A DNA stretch of 64,000 nt, taken from contig OU015567.1 in NCBI GenBank assembly GCA_907165135.1, forward strand, positions 14,446,001-14,510,000, written 5' to 3'. The notes below the pieces were generated by a model that worked only from the letters and a program-made list of their open reading frames with translations, had not been told where the DNA came from and did no database searches. Made by a program: the position numbers and the translations under genes. The stretch comes from Oikopleura dioica (taxonomy: Eukaryota; Animalia; Chordata). Positions 63,133 to 64,000 of the stretch are shown piece after piece; positions within the stretch are counted from its first letter, which is position 1; each line of letters opens with the position of its first letter.

Positions 63133-64000
63133 TCAAGAACTGTGGCGTAGTGCAATGAATGATTTGAAATCGGCTTTTGAAAAGCTCAATTTAGACATAT
63201 TTTTCCATAGAGGTTCCTCGAGCTCTGGAATTTCGAGAGGTAGAGAAGCGCTGAGTGGATTAGATGAAGAGTGTGAGCCTTCCTCACTCGTGTCGAAGAC
63301 AAGATCGTAGGATTCCGTACTAAAATGACTATTTCGTATTGTTCCTTGTCAAGGGAACTTACCAGTCTACTGTAAGATCACAGTACGCATCCAAGACGGC
63401 TGAGTCTAGCGAACACGAGCTTCTACCAAGTTGCTCCAATAAGAGCACTACTTCTTGGTTCTTCGGCGTGTTAGCCTTTCTCAGATAATACACGACTCGT
63501 TCGAGAATAACCCTTTCCGGCTTGAGCATGTAATATTTTGATGCCTCTAAGAAAGGTTGAAGCATCTCGAATTCAGACAAAACAAACCTAGTAAGAAGAT
63601 CCGAGTATTTCTGGAAAGAGTCCAAACATTATCTGACATTTCTGCTAAAATACCAATCACATTCAGTTCTGTCGAATGGGTGCGATGGAGAATTTGAAAC
63701 ACTGGAATAATTATGTTCTCGTCTATGTCTTCGAAGACGACGCGCAAGGATTTCTCCGCTACTCTCTGGGTAATGAGTTTCAAGAATGTTTCTGGGTTCC
63801 ATGATTTGAATTCGTCCAAGAAAAATGATTGAATAGTCGATTTAGAAGTGGTTTGACAGTTGATAGTTTCTTCGTCAACGAGAATATCAATATCTTCTTC
63901 TGATTTATTGAATAATTCATCAGAAGTAATTGGCAGATAGGCTTCTTCCTCTGGTAACCGGGTTTTCTTAAAATCAGGAGACAAAGCAGCTATTTCTTCG
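63133..64000 (-). CDS. KIAA0825-like gene, 3' end of diverged copy (continues off the right edge)
   Basis: Homologous to about 10758-11620; 41-nt intron before EASKYYMLKPER. Confidence 0.6.

Overview
Eukaryotic DNA with very short introns (about 38-70 nt, some with GC or GA donors) and densely packed minus-strand genes whose ATGs follow an AG-A motif. I infer a larvacean tunicate, most likely Oikopleura dioica, and an SL-trans-spliced operon; the species is not proven. Ancestral gene order, read right to left: KIAA0825-like > TELO2 > ALAD > TIGAR-like phosphatase > TSFM > RBKS > unidentified segment U > Elk-type KCNH channel. Near-complete but diverged copies of this cluster lie at about 1-13 kb and 54.3-64 kb. 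Between them is an approximately 21-kb tandem array of about 2.3 units (6424-54297) built from shuffled operon pieces plus a foreign 4.4-kb block containing a BMS1 fragment, an orphan C2H2 gene and several foldback repeats. The junctions create: an in-frame TELO2::RBKS chimeric gene (2 copies); PAS-domain-only KCNH copies; a phosphatase ORF one TAA away from fusing to the C2H2 gene; and a KCNH leader joined to a truncated KIAA0825-like gene. A hAT-type foldback element and a small hairpin each occur in opposite internal orientations between copies. Homopolymer indels suggest imperfect long-read consensus, so copy-specific details need read-level checks. All identifications come from reading the sequence and recalled family motifs; no searches were run.
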